A stretch of 64,000 nucleotides of DNA from Eledone cirrhosa (GCA_964016885.1 OZ024749.1:41974001-42038000), one strand, 5' to 3'; positions 51,334 to 64,000 are shown, counted from the first letter of the stretch. A program made the numbers and translations. Notes: a model not told the origin generated them from the sequence alone.

Positions 51334-52809
51334 AGAATAGCTGCCCCTGGAGAAAAGAACTGAACAAATATTTTTCTTGGTGTATTTCAAGTGATAATTT
51401 CTGTTGTTGATGTTTTAATGATACATCACTAAGCATCTGTGTTACTGATACCACCACCACCACTGTCACCATCACAAACACCACCACCACCACCACCACC
51501 ACCACCACCACCACTGTCACCACCACCACCAACATACACATACATAATTACACACCACCACCACTACTAGACTGTCATCACCACAACCACCACCACATTA
51601 CCACTGCTAGCACCACTACTAACACACACACACACACAAACACAAACACACACACACACAAACACACGCACACCACCACCATCGCTAGCACCACTACCAA
51701 CATACACACACATGCACCACCACTAATAACATATATACACACTCATATACACACACACCAACATTACAGCTGGATCCACCACCAACACTACCACCACCAA
51801 CACTATCACCACCAACACCAACACCACCATCACCACCACCACCACCACTATCAGTACTACCAACACTCCCACTTGCACTAGCAACACTATCATAATCATT
51901 ACTACTTTTATTATTACCATGTCGGTGGATTGCCAATATCGGTAGAGAGTTGGACGCCATGCTTTGAAGCATAGAGTTACGTCCCTTTATGATCTGAGTT
52001 CAAATCCCGCCGAGGTTAACTTTGCCTTTCTACCTTACGGGGTCGATAAAATAAAGTACCAGTAATGTACTGGGTAATTGCTGGCCTTGTGCCAAAAATA
52101 GAAACAATTATTACCATGTCGTTAAATAAATAATAAATATTTTCTATATTGTATGACATATATTTTCTATATTGTATGACTATATTGTATGACATATGTC
52201 TTGACACGACACCAGTCCATCACAGGGTTAAACCCCCAGTTATTACTGGTATTCATTTTCAGCTTGAGTATACTGAAGCAACGTGAAATGAAGTGTTTTG
52301 CTCAAGAACACAACACCGTTCTGGAATTGAACCCATGACATTATGATATTCAAAGTAGGGGTGACTCAGGATAAAGACAATGGAAAAAACAACAGAAAGA
52401 CTAACAGTCTCATCTCCTCAGTCAACCTCTGGAAATCACTATGGTTTTGGTATATTAAAGTTGATACCATTCATTCCAATGCATATTGGGACATATCATA
52501 ACATGCAGAGACAGGCTATGCCTTTAGGCAAATTACACAAATATAGAGTGTGGAAGGGCTTAGCCAAAGGAGAAATAAGTAGAAAAGATAGAAATAGTAA
52601 AACAGAAGAAGGACCAGGAGATGTAGAAAAGGTAAGAAGGGAGAATAGAGGAAAACAGGCCATGTGGTGAGGTCTGTTATATGATAGTTTCAAAAGAGCC
52701 ACATGGCTAAGTCTTTAGAACATAAAATCAGAGTAGAGGCACAGGACAGACAGACCCATCGATTATATATATATTTAAACAAGGGATCAATGCCCTGGTA
52801 TTTGTGTTT

Positions 52810-53450
52810 GGAAAATAGTGCTAAGTGAAACTATTGAATACAGGTTTTGGACTCTGCCAAGGGTCCATATTGTCACCTCTTCTGTTCATATCCTTCAAGA
52901 TTAACATAGACAGCCAAGCTGGAAGTGGTATCGAGATGGGTGTAGGATCAGTTGGCCGGAATTTGCAGATGATATGGTACTACTTAACTCATCAGAAGAT
53001 GATCTCTGACATGCACTTGATAGGATTGCTTCTGAGTTCTGCATGGCAGAAATGAAAATAAGTGCTGCAAAAACTGAGATACTCGTCCTCCCAAGGAAGC
53101 CAGCACAGTGTACTCTGCATGTGAGTGGAGTTCCACTGAAGCAGGTAGAGGTTCGACTATCTCAGGGCCATGCTCTCGAGTGATGGAAGGCAGGAGGCTG
53201 AATTAAATGCATGGATTGCAGGACCTATGGGCATGAACCTTGGGTAAAGACTGAAAGAATATGATCGCAAATACAAGCACCCAAAATGGGGTTTCCCTGA
53301 AGGATCTTTGGAGTAACATTACTCAATAGAGTGTATAGCTCAGAGATCAGAGAGTCACTCCAGGTAGAGCCGTTACTTCACCAAATAAAGAGATCACAGC
53401 TCCGATATTACAGAGATGTGGTTAGATTATCTCAGGAATGAATCGCTGAA
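52810..53450 (+). mobile_element. Decayed RTE-clade LINE RT fragment
   Basis: GLCQGSILSPLLFI and degenerate FADD; multiple frameshifts. Confidence 0.7.
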
Positions 53451-53454
53451 CATG

Positions 53455-54060
53455 CAGCAGGAGACCTAGCAGTAGATTCATTGAAGCTCCGACGTCTGGC
53501 AATGGACTTGGTGAATACCCACAAAATTTTTAACCATCTCGCCAATTGCAACCCTGAGCGCCTCTTTGATCTCCATGTGTCTAACACACATGGACATGCC
53601 TACAAGATCAGAAAACAGCACAGCTCCCATAACTTTCGTAGACATTTTTTCACGCTCAGAGTTGCTGAAGCATGGAACAAACTGCCTGCGTCAATTGTTA
53701 GCTGCCGAGACACTGCATCCTTTAAGACACTCATGCTTCCCGAAATACGCCAAAACTACACCTGATGTACCCCTTCCATACACATGCACACATGTGTGTA
53801 TCATGACTCGTGCACTGTTCATTTTACTGATGTTTGTGCATTGCCCTATGTACTGTACATGCACTTTTTTGATGAGTTGTGGTGCACCTGGGCACTGTAC
53901 ACAATATTTCATTATTGTTATTGTTATTATATCATGACTCGTACACTGTTCATTTTCCTGACATTTGTACATTATTCTATGTACTATACATGCACCTTTG
54001 ATGAGTTGTAGTGCACCTGAGCACTGTACACAATAATTTCATTATTATTATTATTATTAT
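53455..54060 (+). mobile_element. CR1-like LINE 3' end with duplicated tail and (ATT)n
   Basis: DLVNTHKIF...NTHGHAYKI...RRHFFTLRVAEAWNKLP. Tail fragments also at about 17510-17590(-) and 57340-57435. Confidence 0.8.
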
Positions 54061-54282
54061 TAGACCTTGAGCAGGATGGTTGGATAAGATCGGCTGGTTT
54101 CACTTGGTGATCCAGCGGGATCAATTGGAGTTGGTTGTTTCTGACAGGACCTGCTGGAAGGCAACTTAAGAACCCTGCCTCCACGACCTTCCCATGAATA
54201 AGTGGAAGAAGAAGAAAAAGTATATATACTGTATATATAAAACAAGCAAAAATTAAAAAAACCTTCTCTCTCTCTCTATATA

Positions 54283-54375
<93 letters not shown>

Positions 54376-54585
54376 TCCACACATCCTTGATTGGTTAACT
54401 CCTTACTATAATTATATATATATATGTATCTATGTATGTGTCTGTATATTTGTATGTCGGTAGGTTAGATTTTTTACAAGATCAGATTGGGTAAAATTGG
54501 GGATGCCTGAAGACAGATGTGGATCCATAAGCTCCAGTTGAAATAATTACAAACGTTATTACTTCAAAATTATTCATTATTATCA

Positions 54586-54883
54586 TAACCTCGACGGGAT
54601 TTGAACACATAACGTAATTACTTTAGAATTGTGTGATAATTCCTATAATGCTTCAAAAGTAGTCTCCCTTGATAAATAATTTTATATGATAATTGTTTCT
54701 ACTTTTGGCACAAGGCCAGCAAATTACTTAGTGTATTACTGGTACTTTGCTGGCCTTGTGCCAAAAGTAGAAACAATTATCATATAAAATTATTTATCAA
54801 GGGAGACTACTTTTGAAGTATTATAGGAATTATCACACAATTCTAAAGTAATTACGTTCTGTGTTCAAATCCCGTCGAGGTTA
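54586..54883. repeat. Fold-back inverted repeat, about 138-bp arms, about 22-nt loop
   Basis: 54586-54723 is reverse complement of 54746-54883; includes SINE pieces. Confidence 0.9.
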
Positions 54884-55603
54884 AATTTGCCTTTCATCCT
54901 TCATGGAAAGATAAACTAACGTACTGTGATTGAAATAATCGGCTTCCCCTTTTCATACAAATTGCTAATCTTGTGTCTTAATTAGAAACCATTAATCGAC
55001 ACGTAAAAACACAAAAACAAAAAAAAATATGGCAAGGGAGATAACTCAAAAATGCAACTAAAAAAATTGAATGGAGATATATATATATATATATATATAT
55101 ATACAGTAAGGTCTGTAAACTATATACTTATATACAGTAAGCTGTGTTACTATTCAGTTCACAGTACAGACTTGTATTATCTGTATATTTATGAATGACC
55201 GGTTGCATAAAGTCCCCAGTTATTGTTGTTTAGCCCCAGGCGAACAGAACTCTTGATCAAAATGTGTTACGCTCTTCAATTTTTTTTTTCATGAGCATTG
55301 TCTAAGGCATCTTGAAAGTATTTTTCATAGAACCATTTTACCACTTCTTTGGTTCCCTTAACCATGTTTGAATGGATTTTACCATTTACCTTCTACGGAG
55401 AGGAATAACAGAAATACAAGATCATTTTTATTTTTAAGCTTTAATAAAATATAAGACCACGTTATGAATGTAGTGTGTGAATTGTTGGGTATTTAGCTGT
55501 CACTTCTAGCAGGTCGAAGCTATCTCTCGATGTTGAAAACCGGACAACGAAAGTTTGCTGGAGATATAGTTTCAAAAGAGGTCAAATCAATTATATATTC
55601 TTT

Positions 55604-55703
55604 GTCGCGTGATATAAATATTTATGGTAACCTCACGTTTTCGTTGACCACCCAACTTAAAGAGTTATCATGTGATCCTCATGCCCCCTTATTACCACGT
55701 GAC
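55604..55703. promoter_or_regulatory. Putative PRCP promoter with CLEAR/M-box-like E-boxes
   Basis: GTCGCGTGAT (55604), TCATGTGA (55668) and CCACGTGAC (55695) within 135 bp of the ATG; CpG retained locally. Confidence 0.55.
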
Positions 55704-55735
55704 AAGTTCTGTTCTCACAACAACGCGTTGCAGCA

Positions 55736-55924
55736 ATGGTTTGCAACAATCTCCTGTATCTCTCTGCTTTTATTTGCATTTTTATTCTGTCCTCGCATGC
55801 GTTTCGTCTTGGTTTACCATCCAAGCGACAATGGAAGAAACCTGTCGGCTACAGACCCTATTACCGACCAGTGGTTACTTCAGAATATTTCAACAACTTC
55901 GAAACTCGATACTTCACCCAACAA
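55736..55924 (+). CDS. PRCP: Lysosomal Pro-X carboxypeptidase (peptidase S28), coding exon 1 (signal peptide/propeptide)
   Basis: MVCNNLLYLSAFICIFILSSHA...FETRYFTQQ; donor caa|gtgagc, phase 0, joins VDHF of exon 2. Confidence 0.88.
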
Positions 55925-57049
55925 GTGAGCTAATCATCTACATTTGTCTTTTGTTTATATTCTTTGTTTTCTTTCTTCGAATAGGCTATGTAGCCGTTAA
56001 ATCCTAAAGGGACGCAACACACATTCGCTATAGTGTTTCATCAGCCCCTGTTGTTCCTCGATCATTCATAAACGTGTGTGTAATAATTGTTTTGTATAAT
56101 GTGTCTATTTATGAATATGTACGAGTAGATGTGTGTGTGTGTGTGTACACATGTACTTCTGTTGTCTGTATCTGTTTATGTATTTACGTGTAGATGTGTG
56201 TGAACTCAGACCGTAAAAGGCCGCAACTCATGGTGTCTGAAACTCTTACCGGCTACATAGCCTGGGAGTCTATTTTACAGGGACCGGCTACATAGCCTCT
56301 TCCTTCTTTTCTATCTTTCTTTCATAAATCTATGATGTATTAATATTTTATTCACAGTTGTATAAACATAAATATAATAATACAATGCTTACAGAACGAA
56401 AGCACAAACAAATATATTAAGGAAAGGGAAAACAAACAAAAAAGAGGAAAAGAAGAACAAAAACAATGTATTTATTTTTGAATAAGGTTTCAATATTTTG
56501 TTTTTATCAGTAACCTCCCTATGTAGGTAGATAGATAGAAATTTGTAAACAAAGAAACCTTGGCATAACTCCAGGCCAGTGCCCCATCACACCGTCATCA
56601 CTAAATCACCACGCCACCACCACCATGCCACTACGACCACCACCACAATCACATTACATCCTTGTTTTGTTTCCTCACAAATTCCATAACACTGCATACT
56701 TTTTAATAATATTTTTCAGAGATACATTTTCCAACATGTAAATTACGATTATATTGATGGAATTTAAAGTTGAATATTTGTTTATCATTATTATATTTTT
56801 TAATCCGGCCGAGGTTGACTTTGACTTTCATCCTTACGGGGTCGATAAAATAAAGTACCAGTAATGCACTGGTTATTTGTTGGCCTTGTGCCAAAAGTAG
56901 AAACAATTATTATATTTTTTTCGCAATTTATAATTGTAGAAATGACATTACATTCCAGATATGTGGAGGATACTCTTTTGGACGTTTCTTTCGCACATGT
57001 ATTGAGTGCCTTTTTGAAGCCATTCATTTTATTTAATAAATTATACAAC

Positions 57050-57330
57050 ACCACAACGTACAAACCACTACATACAACACCACAGCATACATAGATTAAC
57101 TTTGGGCGCCTAGACAGGGTGCCCCCCCCCCCCCCTCATACAAACCATTACATACAACACCACAGCATACATAGATTAACTTTGGGACCCTAGACCTGGA
57201 GCCCTCACTTCTTGTGCAACCCATTACATACAGCACCACAGCATACATAGATTAACTTTGGGCCCCTAGACATGGTGTCCTCCCCCACTCCTCGTTCAAA
57301 CCATTATATACAACATATATCTGTGTGTAT
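57050..57330. repeat. Degenerate about 80-bp tandem repeat in PRCP intron 1
   Basis: Recurring catacaacaccacagcatacatagattaactttggg. Confidence 0.75.
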
Positions 57331-57639
57331 ATCACCTCATACACTGTTCGATGTACTATACATGGACTTTGATGAGTTGTAGTGCACCTGAGCACTGTAC
57401 ACAATAATTTCATTATTATTATTATTATTATTATTAACAACACAGCATACATAGATTAATCTTTAGCCTGTAGACTTTGTGGGTCCCTGGTCAACTACCC
57501 TGTGTACACATGGTAGTAACACGTCACACAGACACACAAACTAATAATCCAGCACTTGTCACTGGTGTCAGACTAGTAACAGCACCCCAATAACATTCAC
57601 ATGATACTATAATCCTGTTGTTTATCTATTGTTTCTTAG

Positions 57640-57777
57640 GTTGACCACTTTGGCCAGAACAAGGACACCTACAAACAAAGATATCTTGTGTCCACTCAAT
57701 GGTGGGATGGAAATGGAGGACCGATATTTTTTTACACTGGCAATGAAGGAGACATTGTTTGGTTTTTAAACAATACA
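57640..57777 (+). CDS. PRCP: PRCP coding exon 2
   Basis: ttcttag|VDHFGQNKDTYKQRYLVSTQWWDGNGGPIFFYTGNEGDIVWFLNNT|gtcagt; 138 nt. Confidence 0.96.
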
Positions 57778-57791
57778 GTCAGTATAAATAG

Positions 57792-57881
<90 letters not shown>

Positions 57882-57969
57882 GTAATAATAATAAATTTGA
57901 AGACTAAAATCCAAAGAGGGCTCGATAAGGATAAATATATATATCAAATATATAAGAACCATAGAGCAA

Positions 57970-58709
57970 ATATTTATTAAAATAACAGATTAAAGTTTAA
58001 GCAAAGAATCGCTGCTTTCACCCTTAACGGGATCTTCTGAAACTAACAAAGTCAATCTGTAAACGCAGAAGTGGATATTTAAAAAAACGTTGCAACCGGA
58101 GGAAGACAGGAAGACGATACTTTGGTTCGTGGTAACGTTCCCTGGCAAAGAACGGGGAAAAAACGAATATAATACGTCATTAATAGGAGCGGTGAAAAAC
58201 AATTACGCGCAAAGACAGTACCACGTTTATGGTATAAAAGAGGTCGTAGACTAATGTTCTCTTAGGTGGTTCATAGAGACGTTCTCTGGCAATGAACGAA
58301 AAAAACGAAGATAATACGTCATATGTGGAGCGTGGAGAACAATTGCACGCAAAGACAAAACCACGTAAATGGTAGATGACGAATTATCTTCGTTTTTTTC
58401 GTTCATTGCCAGAGAACGTCTCTATGAACCACCTAAGAGAACATTAGTCTACGACATCTTTTATACCATAAATGTGGTACTGTCTTTGCGCGTAATTGTT
58501 TTTCACCGCTCCTATTAATGATGTATTATATTCGTTTTTTCCCGTTCTTTGCCAGGGAACGTTTCCAAGAACCAAAGTATCGTCTTCCTGTCTTCCTCCG
58601 GTTGCAACGTTTTTTGAAATATCCACTTTACAGATTGACTTTGTTAGTTTCAGAAGATCCCGTTAAGGGTGAAAGCAGTGATTCTTTAATCTGTTATTTT
58701 AATAAATAT
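57970..58709. repeat. Long fold-back inverted repeat (about 350-bp arms, about 53-nt loop) in PRCP intron 2
   Basis: 57970-58322 is reverse complement of 58376-58709 with scattered mismatches and small indels. Confidence 0.92.
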
Positions 58710-58804
58710 ATATATATATATATATATATAAGACTGTTTTAAAGACTGGATTATATGTATATGTATATATATATGTGTGTGTATGTATGTTTTCTTATAT
58801 ATGG

Positions 58805-58851
<47 letters not shown>

Positions 58852-59299
58852 TTCCTGTATGAGCAAGACAAGGTCAGCCAATCAGGCACTGCCCACAACA
58901 GGACAACCCGTCTAACCCATGCTAGCGTGGAAGAATGGACGTAAAACAGTGATGATGAGGATGATGATGAAGTATATACCACACATGTCGAATGACTCAT
59001 CTATTCTCTATCTTTTTCTTTCTCTTACACATCTGTCTTCTCTCCCAATTACTTTCTATTTTATATCAGAAGCAGCTCGTTGTCCTGTATAATTACATGC
59101 TTTTGTCTTGATTGCCTTGTCATCCATGCCAAGTGGCTCATTATTGATAAACTCTTCCTGCTGTACCGAGAAAATTGATATTGTCCTTTTTGTATCTGAA
59201 ACTGTTAACTCCCAGCCAACAGCTGATGAATGGGATGTTTCCATTTGTTCAGCTCCAATTTTCTTTTGTTCTGTCCTCTCTGAAATTATGCACTCACAT

Positions 59300-59430
<131 letters not shown>

Positions 59431-59893
59431 AAGATATGTACGGATAAAATTTGTTTGTGTAGATCAGTGTACAAACAAAAATAAACAAGTAAGATTGCTT
59501 ACCAAAGTATGGGCACAATAATAATTGTTTCTACTTTTGGCACAAGGCCAGCAATTATCCCAGTGCATTACTGGTACTTTATTTTATCAACCCCGTAAGG
59601 ATGAAAGGCAAAGTTTACCTCGGCAGGATTTGAACTCAGATCGTAAAGGGCCGTAACTCTATGCTGCAATGCATGGCGCCCGACCCTCAACCGATACTGC
59701 CAATCCACCACCCATAATAATAATGGGCATAATAATATCCAACCAGCACTCGTAGATACTGTATTGAAACATGTTAGATGAATAAAATAACAGTCATGTA
59801 CATAAAAAGAAAAAAAAAAGAAAAAAGTTAACTGATTAAATTCTTCAATTCTTCACTTCTAATCTATACTTCATGCCTAGTCATTTTGTTTCT

Positions 59894-59935
<42 letters not shown>

Positions 59936-60427
59936 ATGTATATGTGAGCCTCCAGCCCACACTGTAAAGTAGTTGTAATGGTGACACAGCAAAAAGCGCC
60001 CAGCCCACACTAAAGTGGTCTTGTAGGCGTCACGACAAAAAGCACCCAGCCCACACAGTAAAGTGGTCTTGATGGTGACATGGAAAAAAGTGCCCAGCTC
60101 ACACTGTAAAGAGGTTGTGTAAGTGTCACAACAAAAAAGCACCCAATCCACACTGTGAAGTGGTTGTGTAGGTGTCATGACAAAAAGCACCCAGCCCACA
60201 CTGTAAATGATGTTGGCACTAGGAAGGGCATCCAGCTGTAGAGACGAAGCCAGAAATATCTCTATATGAACAAGACATGGTCACCTAACCCAACTTGCCT
60301 CTTATGGGAGAACCTGTCTAACCCATTCTTGAGTGTAAAATGGACGTTAAACAATGATGATGATATATGTATATAGGTTACACCTACCAAAACTATGTTC
60401 CAAGTAGTTTTATTTTTATATTTTCAG

Positions 60428-60529
60428 GGTTTCATGTTGGACATTGCTGGAGAGTTTGGTGCCATGTTGGTTTTTGCTGAGCATCGTTACTATGGAAACT
60501 CACTGCCCTATGGTGTGGACACTTATAAA
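60428..60529 (+). CDS. PRCP: PRCP coding exon 3
   Basis: ttttcag|GFMLDIAGEFGAMLVFAEHRYYGNSLPYGVDTYK|gtgagg; 102 nt; EHRYYG motif. Confidence 0.97.
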
Positions 60530-60599
60530 GTGAGGGACACTAAATTTTTTGTGATATCACTTTGTCATTTCTCTCTGTATTATAGGTGCAGGCAGAGTG

Positions 60600-61975
60600 A
60601 TAATGACCATAGCGATAATGATGGTTGTGGTGGTAATGATGGTGGTGGTGGTGGTGGGGGTAGTGGTGGCAGTGATGGTAGTTGTAGTGTTGGGGTTGAT
60701 GGTGGTAGTGGTGGTGATTTGGTTGATGGTAGTGGTGTTGTTGACGGTAGTGATGGTGTTTGGTTGATAGTGGCGGTGATGGTGGTGGTAGTGGTTTGGT
60801 TGATGGTGGTGGCAGTAATGGTTGTGTTTGGTTTATAGTGGTGGGGTTGATAGAGGAAGTGGTAGGGTTGATGGTGGCAGTGGTGGTGGTGATAGTAATA
60901 GTGATGGTGTTGATGGTAGTGGTGGGGCTGATGATAGTGCTGGTGGTGGTGTTGATGGTGATAGTGATGGTGTTGATGGTGATAGTGATGGTGTTGATGA
61001 TAGTGCTGGTGGTGGTGTTGATGGTGATAGTGATGGTGTTGATGGTAGTGGTGGGGCTGATGATAGTGTTGGTGGTGGTGTTGATGTTGTTGATGGTAGT
61101 GGTGGTGCTGATGATAGTGTTGGTGTTGATGGTGATAGTGATGGTGTTGATGATAGTGTTGGTGGTGGTGTTGATGGTGATAGTGATGGTGTTGATGGTA
61201 GTGGTGGTGCTGATGATAGTGTTGGTGGTGGTGTTGATGGTGATAGTGATGGTGTTGATGGTAGTGCTGGGGCTGATGATAGTGTTGGTGGTGGTGTTGA
61301 TGGTGATAGTGATGTTGTTGATGGTAGTGGTGGTGCTGATGGTGATAGTGATGGTGTTGAAGGTAGTGGTGGTGCTGATGATAGTGCTGGTGGTGGTGTT
61401 GATGGTGATAGTGATGGTGTTGATGGTGATAGTGATGGTGTTGATGGTAGTGCTGGGGCTGATGATAGTGTTGGTGGTGGTGTTGATGGTGATAGTGATG
61501 GTGTTGATGGTAGTGCTGGGGCTGATGATAGTGCTGGTGGTGGTGTTGATGGTGATAGTGATGGTGATGGTGTTGATGGTAGTGGTGGGGCTGATGATAG
61601 TGTTGGTGGTGGTGTTGATGGTGATAGTGATGGTGATGGTGTTGATGGTAGTGGTGGTGCTGATGATAGTGCTGGTGGTGGTGTTGATGGTGATAGTGAT
61701 GGTGTTGATGGTGATGGTGATGGTGTTGATGGTAGTGCTGGTGGTGGTGTTGATGGTGATAGTGATGGTGTTGATGGTGATAGTGATGGTGTTGATGATA
61801 GTGTTGGTGGTGGTGTTGATGGTGATAGTGATGGTGTTGATGGTAGTGCTGGTGGTGGTGTTGATAGTGATAGTGAGGATAGTGATGGTGTTGATGGTAG
61901 TGCTGGTGCTGATGATAGTGCTGGTGGTGGTGTTGATAGTGATAGTGATGATAGTGGTGGTGGTGTTGTTGGTAG
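60600..61975. repeat. Compound (GGT/GAT/AGT) repeat filling PRCP intron 3
   Basis: Seen directly. Confidence 0.9.
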
Positions 61976-62027
61976 TACAACAATAATGATACTAATCAAT
62001 GATCCGTTATTTTTTCCACCATATTAG

Positions 62028-62209
62028 GATCCCCAGAAGTTGTCTTACTTAACATCAGAACAAGCCTTAGAAGATTATGCCACACTGATTCAACACATGA
62101 AGTCAACCATTAAAGGGGCCCAAAACAGTTCTGTTGTGGCCTTTGGTGGCTCCTATGGGGGCATGTTGTCGGCCTGGTTCAGAATGAAATATGCTGGAGT
62201 TGTTGTAGG
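62028..62209 (+). CDS. PRCP: PRCP coding exon 4 (catalytic Ser, GGSYGG)
   Basis: tattag|DPQKLSYLTSEQALEDYA...VVAFGGSYGGMLSAWFRMKYAGVVVG|gtgaga; 182 nt. Confidence 0.97.
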
Positions 62210-62363
62210 GTGAGAAAAACACACTAACTGATTTCATGACGTTGTTGTTTCTGTTGTTGTTGATGTTGTCATTGTTGGTGTTGTTGTTGTTGTTAGTGTT
62301 GTTGTTATTGTTGTTATATAATACCACAGCCATTATCATTTTAACCTTGACCTTGACCCACAG

Positions 62364-62521
62364 GTCAATTGCAGCTTCTGCTCCGATCTGGGGATTCAAT
62401 GGACTGTGTCAATGCAATGGATTATACCGTGTCATAACTAACACATTTAAACTGGGAGGGGAACAGTGTCCAGAAAACATCCGGAAGAGCTGGAAAGTCA
62501 TTGATAAGATGGGACAGTTCA
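62364..62521 (+). CDS. PRCP: PRCP coding exon 5
   Basis: ccacag|SIAASAPIWGFNGLCQC...CPENIRKSWKVIDKMGQF|gtaagt; 158 nt; phases consistent. Confidence 0.96.
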
Positions 62522-62909
62522 GTAAGTCAGGATTTCTTTTTTTTACATCTTCATTGTTGTTTTAAAATCATCATCATCACCACTGTCATCACCATCACTA
62601 TCATCATTATCATCACCACCACCACCACCATCAGCATCATCATAATCATCATTATCATCACCACCATCATCATCATCATCATCATCATCATCACCACTAT
62701 CATCACCACCACCAGCACCATCATCATCATAATCATCATTATCATCACCACCATCATCATCATCATCACCACTATCATCACCACCACCACCACCACCACC
62801 ATCATCATAATCATCATTATCATCACCACCATCATCATCATCATCACCACTATCATCACCATCACTACCATCATCATTGTCATCACCAACACCATCATCA
62901 TTTTTACAG

Positions 62910-63073
62910 GTGAAGGGCTGAAGTTCCTGTCTGAAGAACTCAAGCTGTGTTCCCCACTGACCAACTCAGCTGACCTCAAGAACTGGCTGTCTGAGACTTG
63001 GTTTGATCTGGCAATGATGGATTACCCTTACCCAACCAACTTTCTAGAACCTCTACCAGCTTGGCCAGTGAAA
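62910..63073 (+). CDS. PRCP: PRCP coding exon 6
   Basis: tttttacag|EGLKFLSEELKLCSPL...LAMMDYPYPTNFLEPLPAWPVK|gtaagt; 164 nt. Confidence 0.96.
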
Positions 63074-63567
63074 GTAAGTGAAAAATTGTTTGGTTCAAAT
63101 CTCACTCTCTCAGACGTCAAAAGGTATGCTATGGTCTTGAAACCCCTAATGGATACATAGGGGTGCCGTATTGGCATACAGAATTTCTTGGACATATTAA
63201 CCCTTTAGCATTTAAACCGGCTGTAACTGGCCAGAATTCTCTCTCCTCTTTCTCTTCAAACCAGCTGTAACCGGCTACTCACACAGATTTTAAGGTATTG
63301 TTTTCAAAATAAATAATATCAAAATCTCAAAGATTCGATATTATGTGAGATAAAGCCTTTACAGCGAAAATACAATAGTATATATAGAGTAATGTGAATA
63401 CTAAAGGGTTAAACCTTGCAGAGCCCATCCTTCTCCATGTCTGAACACAGCACCTCCTCACAGTACTCAGCATCTCTCCATCTCTCTCCCATCTCCCTCT
63501 TCTTCCATCTTCTCTCACTGTTCTACTACTAAAAAATCCTTAACCAATATTTTCTTTCTTCCTCCAG

Positions 63568-63732
63568 AAAACCTGTATCCCACTGAATGATCTCAGTCTA
63601 GGTGGTAAGAGCCTGATCTCTGCCTTGACCAAATCTCTACAGGTGTACTACAACACAACAGGTAAAACTTCCTGTTTTAACCTCACCCAGTCATCCAGTA
63701 GTAACATGGGAGAACTAGGATGGGGATATCAA
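63568..63732 (+). CDS. PRCP: PRCP coding exon 7 (gene continues past the window end)
   Basis: cctccag|KTCIPL...VYYNTTGKTSCFNL...MGELGWGYQ|gtaagt; 165 nt. Confidence 0.95.
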
Positions 63733-63799
63733 GTAAGTGGCTACTTCTTTTTATTTCACCCTCTTTCTCTTTGATATATATATATAAGTAAACATACAC

Positions 63800-63840
<41 letters not shown>

Positions 63841-64000
63841 TATATACATATATATGTGAGGGTGTGTATATATATTTATATATATATATATATACACACA
63901 CACACATATATATGCATATAAATATGTGTGTATGTTTGTATATATATATGTAAACACGCATGTGTGTGTATATATATATATGTAAACATGCATGTGTGAG

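Noticed and set aside
58005-58045. Hammerhead in the intronic fold-back (CAGAAGA..GAAA); also weak candidates near 5562, 40535 and 54507
   Set aside because: The core boxes are altered or stems I/III are unconvincing, so at most these are very decayed remnants
60580-62027. 400-470-aa G/D/S/V- or H/Q-rich ORFs
   Set aside because: They lie wholly in PRCP intron 3, whose flanking exons join in frame without them

Overview
Eukaryotic (animal) genomic DNA. It is AT-rich and saturated with (TA)n, (CA)n and (CAT/CAC)n microsatellites, tRNA-derived SINEs, RTE/CR1 LINE fragments, MITEs and minisatellites. The repeat landscape suggests a coleoid cephalopod (octopus-like), which is inference only. Two protein-coding genes are supported, both on the + strand. 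One is an intronless MSL2-type RING-finger ORF (3236-4423) with no CXC domain found. The other is the first seven coding exons of lysosomal Pro-X carboxypeptidase PRCP (55736-63732, continuing beyond the window), with CLEAR/M-box-like motifs just upstream. Notable non-genic signals are: (i) at least four near-intact and several decayed minimal type-I hammerhead ribozyme motifs of the Penelope/retrozyme kind; (ii) about ten long, near-perfect fold-back inverted repeats, one inside a PRCP intron; (iii) a 111-copy 38-bp minisatellite; (iv) a string of short, mostly non-coding + strand exon candidates between the two genes. Nearly all long ORFs in the ORF track are translations of simple repeats. 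All analysis was by eye; no database searches or folding computations were run.
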